Below are positions 1 to 9,316 of a stretch of 60,357 nucleotides of DNA, in pieces. Under the pieces are notes generated by a model. It saw nothing but the letters and a program-made list of their open reading frames with translations, made no database searches and had not been told where the DNA came from. Made by a program: the position numbers and the translations under genes. How positions within the stretch are numbered: position 1 is the stretch's first letter; every line of letters begins with the position of its first letter. Source of the DNA: a virus (lineage: Duplodnaviria > Caudoviricetes). The DNA is taken from positions 1-60,357 of IMG/VR virus record IMGVR_UViG_3300044568_001950; one strand, 5' to 3'.

Positions 1-127
1 AAAGTCGGCAGTAACTACGATAACCAAGGTCTAACGCAGTACAAGATCTCCAACAACTACGGTACCGCCCTGTATCAAGGCGATTCTGTTAAGTTGTCTG
101 GGGGATATTTAGCAATCGCAACCACCG
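1..127. repeat. Terminal duplication (copy 1), most likely assembler circular overlap
   Basis: 1-127 is identical to 60231-60357; 127 is a common assembly k-mer size; an ORF reads through the junction. Confidence 0.95.
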
Positions 128-534
128 GCGCAGCAATTGTCGGTGTATTCCAGGGCTGCTACTACGTGGATCCCACGACCGGCAAACCCACCTGGAAGAA
201 CTACTATCCTGGCAGCATTGTTCAGGACGGTATTGTAGCCCTTGTCAACGACGATCCTAACGCTGAGTTTGTAGTACAGTGCTCCGGCATTGCTGCTGTA
301 ACTTGTGTTGGCCGTAATGCTGACTTGGATACTGCTGTATCAGGAAGTTCAACAACTGGTCAGTCTGGCCAGCAAGTTGGCGTTCCCGCAACAGGTAATG
401 CTACGTATCCGTGGAAAGTTGTTGGCGTGTATGAAGACGCAGAAGACAATGATGTTACTGCTGCTTACGCTAATCTCATCGTTATCCCGAATAACCACCT
501 TTACAAAGGTGGCACGGGCACTGCAGGAGTTTAA
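1..534 (+). CDS. 3' part of a 191-aa capsid-associated (decoration/minor head) protein spanning the circular join; starts at 60189
   Basis: Frame open from base 1; joined protein MANVNKPFGFRPVGKVG...GTAGV; immediately upstream of the major capsid gene. Confidence 0.75.
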   Translation, partial: KVGSNYDNQGLTQYKISNNYGTALYQGDSVKLSGGYLAIATTGAAIVGVFQGCYYVDPTTGKPTWKNYYPGSIVQDGIVALVNDDPNAEFVVQCSGIAAVTCVGRNADLDTAVSGSSTTGQSGQQVGVPATGNATYPWKVVGVYEDAEDNDVTAAYANLIVIPNNHLYKGGTGTAGV

Positions 535-536
535 TC

Positions 537-1439
537 ATGGCTATTTCACGTTCGCAACTAGTACGAGAGCTTGAGCCCGGTCTTAATGCTCTGTTTGGCC
601 TTGAGTATAAAAACTACGAAAACGAGCACGCAGAAATCTATGATGTTGAGACTTCTGATCGCGCGTTTGAAGAGGAAGTTATGCTCTCTGGCTTTGGTAA
701 TGCTCCAGTTAAGGCTGAAGGCGCTGGTGTTGCTTATGACAACGCGCAAGAAGTCTACGCTGCTCGCTACACGCACGAAACCATCGCTCTGGCGTTCGCG
801 CTGACCGAAGAAGCCGTAGAAGACAATCTCTACGATCGTCTGTCCGCACGTTACACCCGTTCGCTGGCTCGTTCGATGGCGCAAACCAAGCAGATTAAAG
901 CTGCTTCTGTGCTGAACGGCGCTTTCACCACCTCTATCGGTGGCGACGGCAAAGCTCTGTGCGCTACGGATCACCCCACCCTGTCCGGTCCGGACCTCAA
1001 GAACGAGTTGACCACTCCGGCCGACTTGTCTGAGACCTCTCTGGAGCAGGCCCTGATCGACATCGCTGCGTTCACTGACGAGCGCGGCCTGAAGATCTCG
1101 ATCCAAGGCTTGAAGTTGATTATCCCCAAGGAACTCCAGTTCACGGCTGATCGCATCATGAAGTCCACTCTGCGTGTTGGTACTGCAGACAACGACATCA
1201 ATGCCATCAAGAACATGGGCATGATTCCCCAGGGTTACACAGTCAACCACTTCTTGACCGATCCGGACGCATGGTTTATCAAAACCGACGCCCCCAACGG
1301 CATGAAGATGTTCCAGCGTGTAGCGATCAAAACTGGCTTCGAAGGCGACTTCGACACTGGTAACGTTCGTTACAAGGCCCGTGAGCGTTATTCGTTTGGA
1401 TTCTCGGATCCACGCGGTATCTTCGGTTCACCGGGTTGA
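537..1439 (+). CDS. Major capsid protein
   Basis: 300 aa, MAISRSQLVRELEPGLNALFG start and C-terminal YKARERYSFGFSDPRGIFGSPG typical of this phage capsid family; follows portal/scaffold; strong codon bias; terminator downstream. Confidence 0.9.
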   Translation: MAISRSQLVRELEPGLNALFGLEYKNYENEHAEIYDVETSDRAFEEEVMLSGFGNAPVKAEGAGVAYDNAQEVYAARYTHETIALAFALTEEAVEDNLYDRLSARYTRSLARSMAQTKQIKAASVLNGAFTTSIGGDGKALCATDHPTLSGPDLKNELTTPADLSETSLEQALIDIAAFTDERGLKISIQGLKLIIPKELQFTADRIMKSTLRVGTADNDINAIKNMGMIPQGYTVNHFLTDPDAWFIKTDAPNGMKMFQRVAIKTGFEGDFDTGNVRYKARERYSFGFSDPRGIFGSPG

Positions 1440-1448
1440 TGATGTAAG

Positions 1449-1475
1449 AAAGGGGGGTTGCAAAACCCCCCTTTT
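1449..1475 (+). terminator. Intrinsic terminator after the capsid gene
   Basis: AAAGGGGGGTT-GCAA-AACCCCCCTTT stem with GNRA loop and T tract. Confidence 0.85.
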
Positions 1476-1490
1476 GCTGTATTCTTATAG

Positions 1491-1570
1491 GACTAGGATT
1501 TTGCTCGTATCTACTGACCTAGCAGACTTAGTAGAGAAGATACGAGAATGTGCTACTACACGAGGACAAA
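1491..1570 (+). ncRNA. Candidate pseudoknotted 5' leader RNA
   Basis: Stem CTCGTATCT(1504-1512)/AGATACGAG(1538-1546); CTAGG(1493-1497) pairs with loop CCTAG(1518-1522); TTGCAA-16-TATTCT promoter-like site just upstream. Confidence 0.5.
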
Positions 1571-2026
1571 ATGGCAAATACCACCTTTTCCGGCCCAGTT
1601 AGGGCTGGCACTATCAAAGATACTACCGGCACAACGGTAGGCACCGATGTAGCAAACGTAGGTTATGTTTTGATGGCTCAATCCGCTGTGATTGACATCA
1701 TTGGCGCAACTGCAGCAAACCAAGTCGTTGCTACTATTCCCGCAAATTCCCAAATTGTTGACGTTATCTTGAACGTTACGGTTGTCAACAACGACACTGG
1801 TACAGCTACCGTTGTGGTTGGAACTTCTGCTGATGCTGATGCATTTATTCCAAGCACAAGCGTTAAAACTGCTGCAACGACTCGCGGAACCTTGGACACA
1901 GAAGCTACGGACGTTGGAACAACCGACCTGCAGGTTCTGGCTGACTTCACCGCAGCAAATGGTGACGGCACAACCGGTGCGGCGACGGTAACTGTTCTTT
2001 ATATCCAGAACAACAACCTCTCCTAA
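1571..2026 (+). CDS. Virion structural protein (Thr/Ala/Val-rich beta protein)
   Basis: ATG 1571 after GAGGA RBS; MANTTFSGPVR start; head-gene cluster. Confidence 0.7.
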   Translation: MANTTFSGPVRAGTIKDTTGTTVGTDVANVGYVLMAQSAVIDIIGATAANQVVATIPANSQIVDVILNVTVVNNDTGTATVVVGTSADADAFIPSTSVKTAATTRGTLDTEATDVGTTDLQVLADFTAANGDGTTGAATVTVLYIQNNNLS

Positions 2027-2039
2027 CTAGGGGGCTCTA

Positions 2040-2342
2040 ATGAGCTACAGTAATCTACTTGCGGTCACAAAGACCGGAGATGATGACGCAATTGCTGGGC
2101 GCACTCGTGTAGCGGCTATTTACTACACTTGCGGCAGCACAGCGTCGTCTTTTCAGTTAAAAAACGGAGCTACAACTGCTGCAACAACGCTTGTGGACAT
2201 TAAAACTCCTGCAGCCGCTGGTGCTTACGACATTATTTTCCCAGACATGGGGGTATTGTTTGACACCGGTGTGTTCATTGAGTTTGCGGACGCAAACGTA
2301 ACTAGCGTCACGTTGTTCTTCTACGGCGGGGCTGCAGTTTAA
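2040..2342 (+). CDS. Hypothetical structural protein
   Basis: 100 aa, RBS, TAATG-coupled to next gene. Confidence 0.7.
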   Translation: MSYSNLLAVTKTGDDDAIAGRTRVAAIYYTCGSTASSFQLKNGATTAATTLVDIKTPAAAGAYDIIFPDMGVLFDTGVFIEFADANVTSVTLFFYGGAAV

Positions 2343-2626
2343 TGGCTTCTAAGGGAATGGGCATTAAGACCTCGGTCAAGTCGGGCAACTTTCGCTCGAC
2401 CAAAACCGGGGCCGGTATGACCAAAAAAGGAGTTGCTGCGTATCGCAAAGCAAATCCTGGATCTAAACTTCAGACCGCAGTCACTGAGGACAGCCCGTCG
2501 CCCGCTCGCGCGAAGCGTCGCAAGTCTTATTGTGCTCGGTCTGCAGGGCAGATGAAGAAATTCCCTGAAGCTGCTAAAGACCCCAATAGCCGTATCCGTC
2601 AAGCCAGAAAACGATGGAAATGTTAA
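2342..2626 (+). CDS. Small basic phage protein (DUF6321-like)
   Basis: RRKSYCARSAG...NSRIRQARKRWKC motif recognised from aquatic phages. Confidence 0.65.
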   Translation: MASKGMGIKTSVKSGNFRSTKTGAGMTKKGVAAYRKANPGSKLQTAVTEDSPSPARAKRRKSYCARSAGQMKKFPEAAKDPNSRIRQARKRWKC

Positions 2627-2857
2627 ATGAGCGTCGAACGGGAACTAGCCACACACTCTGTTGAAATTCGTCATATCCAGGATGACATGGATAAGATGAT
2701 GGCAGATATGAGCGACATAAAAAAGTCGTTAGAAGCAATTAATCTAACCCTGTCAGAAGCGAAAGGCGGCTGGAAAACCCTCATGTGGGTGGCCGGAGCG
2801 TCAAGTGCGGTGACAAGTTTTTTTATCGGTTTGTACGCATTTTTCAACGGAAGGTAA
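2627..2857 (+). CDS. Coiled-coil protein with C-terminal transmembrane helix
   Basis: Heptad N-terminus then hydrophobic WKTLMWVAGASSAVTSFFIGLYAFF. Confidence 0.65.
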   Translation: MSVERELATHSVEIRHIQDDMDKMMADMSDIKKSLEAINLTLSEAKGGWKTLMWVAGASSAVTSFFIGLYAFFNGR

Positions 2858-2861
2858 AGCC

Positions 2862-3017
2862 ATGCCAGCAAAACCCGGCCTTTATGCCAATATCAACGCT
2901 AAGAGAAAACGTATCGCTATGGGATCTGGTGAAAAGATGCGTAAACCGGGAACTAAAGGCGCTCCTACTGCAAAAGCTTTTAAACAATCTGCCAAAACGG
3001 CAAAGAAAGGAAAGTAA
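2862..3017 (+). CDS. 51-aa Lys-rich protein (absent from the ORF track)
   Basis: MPAKPGLYANINAKRKRIAMGSGEKMRKPGTKGAPTAKAFKQSAKTAKKGK; fills the gap; AAGGT RBS. Confidence 0.75.
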   Translation: MPAKPGLYANINAKRKRIAMGSGEKMRKPGTKGAPTAKAFKQSAKTAKKGK

Positions 3018-3019
3018 TC

Positions 3020-3244
3020 ATGGCATTCAAAAATGTGGGTAAAGCAGTGCTTGCAAAGGCAAAAGGTAAGAGCGGCGGTGCTGGAACAACATCGCGCCCT
3101 CGCGGCATGTTTGGAAAATTGATCTCAAAAGTGGCCGAAAAAGCAAAAAGTGCTACTGCCAATAGCGCAGGAATGGCTGCTACCGGCATGAAAAAAGGCG
3201 GCGCGGTTAAAAAAGTTAGACGTTCAACAAGGAAAGGAAAGTAG
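3020..3244 (+). CDS. Small basic protein with MKKGG motif
   Basis: 74 aa, AAGGA RBS, MKKGGAVKK. Confidence 0.7.
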   Translation: MAFKNVGKAVLAKAKGKSGGAGTTSRPRGMFGKLISKVAEKAKSATANSAGMAATGMKKGGAVKKVRRSTRKGK

Positions 3245-3246
3245 TT

Positions 3247-3540
3247 ATGAAACCAGGAATGATGAAAGCTCTTTCTAGTAGAGTACAAGCTATAACAGGT
3301 AAAAGAGGAGCAACGCCCACACCCACACCTCGCCGTAGGAACCCTATAACAGCAGTATCTGGCGTTTCTAATGCTACCGAAAAGGTAAGAAGTCTTCTTT
3401 CCAATAATGCAGGAACGGCTGCTCCTGGCATGAAAAAAGGCGGCGCGGTCAAGAAAAAAGCAGTCAGTGATATGGCCGGTCGTGCTTTGAAGCGTAAAAC
3501 GGCGGATGCAAAAGGCCGCGCAATGAAGAAGGGGAAATAA
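3247..3540 (+). CDS. Small basic protein with MKKGG motif
   Basis: 97 aa, shares GMKKGGAVKK with the previous ORF. Confidence 0.7.
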   Translation: MKPGMMKALSSRVQAITGKRGATPTPTPRRRNPITAVSGVSNATEKVRSLLSNNAGTAAPGMKKGGAVKKKAVSDMAGRALKRKTADAKGRAMKKGK

Positions 3541-3542
3541 TC

Positions 3543-3749
3543 ATGGCCGGAAAAGGAATGGGCATTGCAACCAAGGGCGGCGGATGTGTTGAGTCTGGCC
3601 CCAAGAACAAGATGATTTCAAAGACCAGCAAAACCAGCGGTCCTCTGATGATGAAAAACGGCGGTGCCGTTAATCAGCACAAGCGTATGGCTATGGGCAT
3701 GATGGGTGGTGGAATGGCCAAAGGATACAAAAAAGGCGGAATGTGCTAA
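3543..3749 (+). CDS. Small basic Gly/Met/Lys-rich protein
   Basis: 68 aa, MKNGG, MMGGG and YKKGG motifs. Confidence 0.7.
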   Translation: MAGKGMGIATKGGGCVESGPKNKMISKTSKTSGPLMMKNGGAVNQHKRMAMGMMGGGMAKGYKKGGMC

Positions 3750-4421
3750 ATGGCAACTTCTGGTACCACAACATTTGATCTTTCGATTGATGAACTAGTC
3801 GAAGAAGCATTTGAGAGATGCGGCATGGAGATGACCACTGGTCATCACCTTAAAACTGCTCGTCGTTCTCTCAACATAATGTTTCTTGACTGGGCCAATC
3901 GTGGATTAAATTTGTGGACCATTGAAGAAGTTGTTGCAAACCTTACGGCTGGCGTAACGTCAATTAACCTGCCTACGGATACCGTTCAGGTATTAACGGC
4001 GGTTATTCGGGATTCGACACAAAGTCCCGCTGTAGACATTACGATTGATGCAATTACTCGTGCAGAGTATTTGGACGTTCCAGATAAAAGCACGCAGGCC
4101 CGCCCCGCTCAGTATTACGTGCAACGCACAAACACCCCGGTGGTGTATTTCTACCCAACTCCAAACTTGACGGGTGCGTACCAATTCCGGTACTACAGAA
4201 TCCGTCGTATCCAAGATGCTGGAGAGTACACCAATACTTCTGACGTTAACTTCCGTTTTCTGCCATGCTTGGCTGCAGGGCTTGCCTATTATCTGTCGTT
4301 GAAGTTTGCTACGGATAGAACGCAACTCTTGAAGTCTATCTACGAAGAAGAGTGGGCACGAGCAGCCGCAGAAGACAGAGAAACTGCACGAATATCTTTC
4401 GTGCCACAGTTGGGGGTATGA
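3750..4421 (+). CDS. Putative head-tail adaptor / tail tubular protein
   Basis: 223 aa, RPAQYY...YFYPTP motif and C-terminal helix typical of podovirus adaptors. Confidence 0.6.
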   Translation: MATSGTTTFDLSIDELVEEAFERCGMEMTTGHHLKTARRSLNIMFLDWANRGLNLWTIEEVVANLTAGVTSINLPTDTVQVLTAVIRDSTQSPAVDITIDAITRAEYLDVPDKSTQARPAQYYVQRTNTPVVYFYPTPNLTGAYQFRYYRIRRIQDAGEYTNTSDVNFRFLPCLAAGLAYYLSLKFATDRTQLLKSIYEEEWARAAAEDRETARISFVPQLGV

Positions 4422-4422
4422 T

Positions 4423-4827
4423 GTGGCCTTTGCTACCGGCAAATTCTCTTTCGGCCTTTGTGATTACTGCGGACAACGTTATCCCTATAACGTACTTCGC
4501 AAAAACTGGCGGGGATTCAAAGTCTGCCCAGAGGACTACGAGCCAAAAGAACCACAACTTGAGCCCCTCAAGTTTAGCGGCGATGCCGTTGCTCTTTTTG
4601 AACCTCGCCCGGATCGTGTGGAACCGGTGGATGTGTACGTTGGTGCCCCAGGGGATAGTGCATTCCAAAGTTTGGGAAGCGCTAATGGCGGGACAAATAT
4701 GCAACCTTATCCAGAATCACAGATCGTCGAAGGAGTCGGACAAGTTGGGTCGCTCGAAATCCAGACCTCAACCTCCGTCTCTGTCACAGGATCTAGTGCC
4801 TCAACCGCTGTCGGGACAGTGACATGA
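4423..4827 (+). CDS. Hypothetical protein with N-terminal Cys motif
   Basis: CDYCG...WRGFKVCPEDYEPKEPQL; coupled to neighbours. Confidence 0.7.
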   Translation: MAFATGKFSFGLCDYCGQRYPYNVLRKNWRGFKVCPEDYEPKEPQLEPLKFSGDAVALFEPRPDRVEPVDVYVGAPGDSAFQSLGSANGGTNMQPYPESQIVEGVGQVGSLEIQTSTSVSVTGSSASTAVGTVT

Positions 4828-5480
4828 CCTACAACGAACTCGTTACCAATATTCGTAACTACACCGAAGTGGACTCTAACGTGTTCACCAATGCGGTGAT
4901 TGATACGTTTATCACCATGACGGAGAACAAAATCCTCCGTGATATTGACTTGGACGTCTTTAAACTTGAAGCCACGGCCAACATGACGACGGGCAACAAG
5001 TTTTTGACGGCTCCTAGCGATATTCTGACCCACCGCTACATGATGATTACCTCTGCCGGGGATCAGATCTTTTTGGAATTCCGAGACACTTCCTTTATGA
5101 AGGAATATTGGGCAGATGGCACCTCTACCGGCATTCCTAAGTATTACTCTGTGTGGGACCAGAACACCTTCTATATTGCCCCCACCCCTAATAGCAACTA
5201 TGTGGTAGAGCTAGGCTATATCTATCGCCCAGCCCAGCTTTCCTCTGCAAATAACACTACCTGGATAAGTACAAATGCCCCCGAAGCATTGCTGTACGGA
5301 TGCCTGATTCAGGCTTATAGTTACACCAAGGGCCCTCCCGAGATGCTTTCATATTTTACGAATAGCTATCAACAAGCAATTCAAGGCCTTGGAATCGAGC
5401 AGCAAGGTCGCCGTCGTCGTGACGAATTCCGTGACGGTATGGCAAGGATTAAAGTTAAATCGGAGAGCCCAGGACCATGA
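4824..5480 (+). CDS. Putative head-tail adaptor protein
   Basis: 218 aa, GIPKYY...IAPTP...PEALLYGCL motifs. Confidence 0.6.
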   Translation: MTYNELVTNIRNYTEVDSNVFTNAVIDTFITMTENKILRDIDLDVFKLEATANMTTGNKFLTAPSDILTHRYMMITSAGDQIFLEFRDTSFMKEYWADGTSTGIPKYYSVWDQNTFYIAPTPNSNYVVELGYIYRPAQLSSANNTTWISTNAPEALLYGCLIQAYSYTKGPPEMLSYFTNSYQQAIQGLGIEQQGRRRRDEFRDGMARIKVKSESPGP

Positions 5481-5764
5481 TCAGTGTTCAATCCCCCGTG
5501 CTTCTCGGTGGCATAAAGGTAGCTACCACCGAAGGAAGAGGCCACAATGCCGAGGAATTGGCTCAGCGCATGGCCGACAAGATTGTATATGTGGGAGGAA
5601 ACTCCCATCCAGCAATACGCGACCAAGCGATCGCTTTTAAGGCAGCAGTGAAAGCTGTTTGCTTGTTTTATTTAAAAGAAGCGGTCAACCAGGATCGCGC
5701 GACCATTGCCCACCGCTTGCGGGAGGCTGGTTACCCAGACTTAATTAATCTTTTAGGAGAGTAA
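5477..5764 (+). CDS. Hypothetical protein
   Basis: 95 aa, ATGA-coupled. Confidence 0.7.
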   Translation: MISVQSPVLLGGIKVATTEGRGHNAEELAQRMADKIVYVGGNSHPAIRDQAIAFKAAVKAVCLFYLKEAVNQDRATIAHRLREAGYPDLINLLGE

Positions 5765-5766
5765 AA

Positions 5767-6204
5767 ATGGCTTTCTCTGGCAATTACATGTGCACAAGCT
5801 TTAAGCAGGAGATTCTGCAGGGCGTGCATAACTTTACGGCAAGCACCGGAAACAACTTTAAACTGGCTTTGTACACCAATGGCGCTACATTTACGGCGGC
5901 TACCACTGCATATACGTCGGCCGATGAAGTTTCTGCTTCAGGAACTTATTCGGCGGGGGGTGGTTTGTTGACTAACGTAACCCCCACGACTTCGGGTACG
6001 ACGGCTTTTACGGACTTCAACGACCTGTCGTTTACTAGTGCCACCATCACGGCTTATGGCGCGATGATTTATAACGACTCAGCAGCGGGTGACCCTGCAG
6101 TATGTATTTTGGATTTTGGCGGCCCGAAAACGTCCACTGTTGGTACGTTTACGATCATTTTCCCAACAGCAGATGCAACTAACGCAATTATTCGGATTGC
6201 TTAA
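5767..6204 (+). CDS. Tail-associated structural protein
   Basis: 145 aa, FKLALYT...LDFGG; AGGAG RBS. Confidence 0.65.
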   Translation: MAFSGNYMCTSFKQEILQGVHNFTASTGNNFKLALYTNGATFTAATTAYTSADEVSASGTYSAGGGLLTNVTPTTSGTTAFTDFNDLSFTSATITAYGAMIYNDSAAGDPAVCILDFGGPKTSTVGTFTIIFPTADATNAIIRIA

Positions 6205-6219
6205 TTAGGAAATGGCTAC

Positions 6220-7350
6220 GTGGCAACCTACAGCGGCTGGGGAGAGGGTTATTGGGGCCAAGTCCCATGGGGCCAAGAGCTTGTTGAGGTTGATTTACAA
6301 GGATGGGGCTTTGGTAACTGGGGCAGTCAGGTCTGGGGCGGACAAAACGCGGGTTTGCAAGCGCAAGCCCTCGTTGGCACCGTCACGGTCAATGCTGTCC
6401 GAAACGTTACCGTCTCGTTCGATGCGTGGGGAAGTTCGGCATGGGGAGCAGGAAGCTGGAGCTATGGAACACCGCTTCCTGCCGCGTCTGGCCAAGTCGG
6501 AAGCGTTACGCTTGCAACAGGATCAAACGTCAGTGTCACCGGAGTACAAGGGACAGGCCAAATTGGTCAAGTTACAGTCGGCGAAGGGACTGGAGTCCTC
6601 GTCACCGGAGTCCAGGCTAATGGATTCATTGGCACAACCTCATTCCGGGCAGATGTTGACGTCTACGTTGCGCCACCAGGATGGGGAGCAGAAGGTTACG
6701 GCATTGCAGCATGGGGCTTTGGCACCGGAGGCCTATCGGCTGATGGCGAGGTTGGGTCGGTTAATGCCGTCCCGGTCACAAATGTCTTTGTCACTGGTGT
6801 CCAGGCAAACGGCTTCGTTGGCGTTGCCACGGCAACCGGAGCAGCAAATGTCAACGTTATCGGGGTCCAAGGCACCGGCCAGGTTGGATCTGCCACGGTC
6901 ACTGGCACGGCAAATGTCACGCTCACGGGCGTATCCGCTCAGGGATTTGTTGGTGCTGCCACGGTTACGGCTGGGGCAAATGTTAACGTTACTGGCGTTC
7001 AGGGTACTACCCAGCTTGGCACGGTCGTCGTTCGTCAAGACGTTGCGGTTAGCGTTACTGGGGTCCAAGCAACTGCCAGCGTTGGCTCGGTCACTATTTC
7101 TCTGGCTTTGGACGTCTTTGTCACAGGCGTCCAGGCAGTTGGTCAGATCGGCCAAGCAGCGGCTGGAGGCCAAAGTTTTGTGTACGTTACGGGCGTTCAA
7201 GCGGTCGGTTACGTTGGAAACGTCACAGTTTGGGGCGTGGTTAATGACAACCAGGCCGCTAACTGGCAAAATGTCGATGATTCCCAGTCCGGCACTTGGG
7301 TGGTCGTCGATGATTCTCAATCCTCAACATGGACTCGAATAGCAGCTTAA
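6220..7350 (+). CDS. Repetitive tail protein (VTGVQAxGxVG and WG repeats)
   Basis: ~22-aa repeats VTGVQxxGxVGxxTV; GTG start well spaced from AGGA. Confidence 0.75.
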   Translation: MATYSGWGEGYWGQVPWGQELVEVDLQGWGFGNWGSQVWGGQNAGLQAQALVGTVTVNAVRNVTVSFDAWGSSAWGAGSWSYGTPLPAASGQVGSVTLATGSNVSVTGVQGTGQIGQVTVGEGTGVLVTGVQANGFIGTTSFRADVDVYVAPPGWGAEGYGIAAWGFGTGGLSADGEVGSVNAVPVTNVFVTGVQANGFVGVATATGAANVNVIGVQGTGQVGSATVTGTANVTLTGVSAQGFVGAATVTAGANVNVTGVQGTTQLGTVVVRQDVAVSVTGVQATASVGSVTISLALDVFVTGVQAVGQIGQAAAGGQSFVYVTGVQAVGYVGNVTVWGVVNDNQAANWQNVDDSQSGTWVVVDDSQSSTWTRIAA

Positions 7351-7360
7351 AGGACTAATC

Positions 7361-8011
7361 ATGACTATTAATTACACCACCCTCCTTGGCCTTGCCCAGC
7401 CGGTAACGGGTACTGAATCGGGCACCTGGGGTACCGTCGTCAATGACGAAATCACGGCCCTGGTAGAACAGGCGGTTGCGGGAACGGCAAGTGTTAGTGT
7501 TACTGCCGGTAACGTGACTTTGACGGACACGGACGGGGTATCAAACCAAGCTCGTAACGCGGTATTGCTGATTACAGGCACTCCTGGTACTAGCCGCAAC
7601 GTAATTGCTCCTTCTTCCAGCAAAGTTTATGTTGTTGTCAATAGCTCGGATGCGCAGATTGTATTTAAAGGCTCTGCTACTACTGGGGTAACCATCCCAA
7701 GCGGGGCTAAAGCAGTTGTGTTCTGGGACGGCAGTGACTTTGTGTCATTAAGTTCTGCGGTGCTGTCCATTATTGGAACAGCATCCGGTGGTGGTGCGGC
7801 TCGCTTTTATGAAGATACGGACAACGGCGTTAACTACGTCGGTTTGCAGGCTCCGGATTCCATTGCATCTAATTACACATTGAAATTGCCCACGGCCGAT
7901 GGTACTAGCGGTCAAGCAATTGTAACTGACGGTTCCGGCAACCTTTCTTTCGGTAACGCTGGTATTTCCACGGGCAAGAGCATTGCAATGGCAATGATCT
8001 TCGGATTCTAA
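7361..8011 (+). CDS. Tail fibre / fibre-anchor protein
   Basis: GTESGTWG N-terminus; LPTADGTSGQAIVTDGSGNLSF fibre repeat. Confidence 0.7.
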   Translation: MTINYTTLLGLAQPVTGTESGTWGTVVNDEITALVEQAVAGTASVSVTAGNVTLTDTDGVSNQARNAVLLITGTPGTSRNVIAPSSSKVYVVVNSSDAQIVFKGSATTGVTIPSGAKAVVFWDGSDFVSLSSAVLSIIGTASGGGAARFYEDTDNGVNYVGLQAPDSIASNYTLKLPTADGTSGQAIVTDGSGNLSFGNAGISTGKSIAMAMIFGF

Positions 8012-8028
8012 TATTAAGGAGTAAGTAA

Positions 8029-8406
8029 ATGGCAAACCCAAATATTGTTAACGTCACGACGATTTACGGTAATTCGTCGAGCACGGCACTTTCCACTACC
8101 AGCGCTACGTCAATTGTTAGCAATGCTGCGGCCAGTGGCAAAGTGTTTAAGATCAATTCAATCGTTGTGGCCAACGTAGACGGAACGGCTGCTGCGGACG
8201 TTACGATTAACGTCTATTCTGCGGCTGCACTGGGCGGAACGGCTTTTGCAATTGCTTCGACCATCTCGGTTCCGGCAGATGCTTCGCTAATCGTTACGGA
8301 CAAGACCACGTCGTTCTATCTGCTTGAGAACCAGTCCATCGGTGCTATTGCTGGTGCGGCCAACGACCTCGTTGTCACCGCAAGCTGGGAAGAGATAAAC
8401 TCGTAA
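8029..8406 (+). CDS. Tail-associated structural protein
   Basis: 125 aa, MANPNIVNV start; AAGGAG RBS. Confidence 0.65.
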   Translation: MANPNIVNVTTIYGNSSSTALSTTSATSIVSNAAASGKVFKINSIVVANVDGTAAADVTINVYSAAALGGTAFAIASTISVPADASLIVTDKTTSFYLLENQSIGAIAGAANDLVVTASWEEINS

Positions 8407-8416
8407 GGGTTAAATC

Positions 8417-9307
8417 ATGAGCATGCGCTATAAAGGCGGAATTATCTCCGCCACTCCACCCACTACGTCCACGACAACGGCTACTGGCGTATGGACTCTT
8501 ATTCAGCAGATGCAGGCTCAAGCAGCAGGCAATTGGCCTTTGTCTGTTTTTGCCGTTGAGTGGATTGTTGTAGCTGGCGGTGGTGGGGGCGGTAATGGGC
8601 AAGCATCTGCTTATGATGGAAGTGGCGGTGGCGCAGGCGGCTATCGGTCATCTGTTATAGGCGAGATGTCCGGTGGTGGAGCTTCAGCAGAGGCTGTTAC
8701 ATACCCACAACTTGCAACATCATATACGGTTACTGTTGGTGGCGGTGGTGCATCACAAACAAACGGAAGTAATAGTGTTTTTTCCACTATTACTTCTACG
8801 GGGGGAGGAAGAGGCGCCAGTAATACATCCGCATCTTCTGGCGGGTCTGGTGGTGGAGGTTTAGGAGCCGGAACTACTGGACAGGGATATGCGGGCGGAG
8901 CGTCTGGTGGCGGTGGTGCCGGAGAGGTCGGAAATACGGACGGGGGTAATGAAGGCGGTGATGGCGTTTCTTCTTCAATCACTGGAAGTGCCACGTTCAG
9001 GGCTGGCGGCGGCGGTGGTGGTCAAGCCAGTGGAAGTAATGCTGGCGGTGCTGGTGGTGGTGGTGCTGGCAACCAAAACGGAGCCGGAAGCCCAGGAGAC
9101 CCAAACACTGGCGGTGGTGGTGGCGGCGCAAGAAATGCTGGTGGCGGCGGCGGCGGTGCTGGCGGTTCTGGCGTTGTTATCTTGAAATATCCCTCTGCCC
9201 GTACTATCTCCAACCCTGGCGGTGGGCTGACTTATTCAACCTCAACTTCTGGCGCTTTCAAAATAACAACTTTTACTGCTGGAACTGGCAGCATTCAATT
9301 TTCATAG
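8417..9307 (+). CDS. Glycine-rich tail fibre-associated protein
   Basis: VVAGGGGGG...GGSGVVILKY glycine-rich domain; N-terminal GVWTL..Q..GNWP module. Confidence 0.75.
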   Translation: MSMRYKGGIISATPPTTSTTTATGVWTLIQQMQAQAAGNWPLSVFAVEWIVVAGGGGGGNGQASAYDGSGGGAGGYRSSVIGEMSGGGASAEAVTYPQLATSYTVTVGGGGASQTNGSNSVFSTITSTGGGRGASNTSASSGGSGGGGLGAGTTGQGYAGGASGGGGAGEVGNTDGGNEGGDGVSSSITGSATFRAGGGGGGQASGSNAGGAGGGGAGNQNGAGSPGDPNTGGGGGGARNAGGGGGGAGGSGVVILKYPSARTISNPGGGLTYSTSTSGAFKITTFTAGTGSIQFS

Positions 9308-9316
9308 AGAAGCAAA

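Noticed and set aside
1-127. Biological direct terminal repeat
   Set aside because: It falls mid-gene and equals a typical assembly k-mer length, so it is better explained as circular overlap.
6212-7342. 376-aa alternative-frame ORF overlapping the repeat tail gene
   Set aside because: Shadow frame produced by repetitive Val/Thr/Gly codons; its ATG is too close to the RBS and the product has no recognisable features.
8570-9175. GGY-rich repeats resembling the 41 kb array
   Set aside because: 3-nt periodic glycine codons inside a coding sequence, not 5-nt GGY-NN units.
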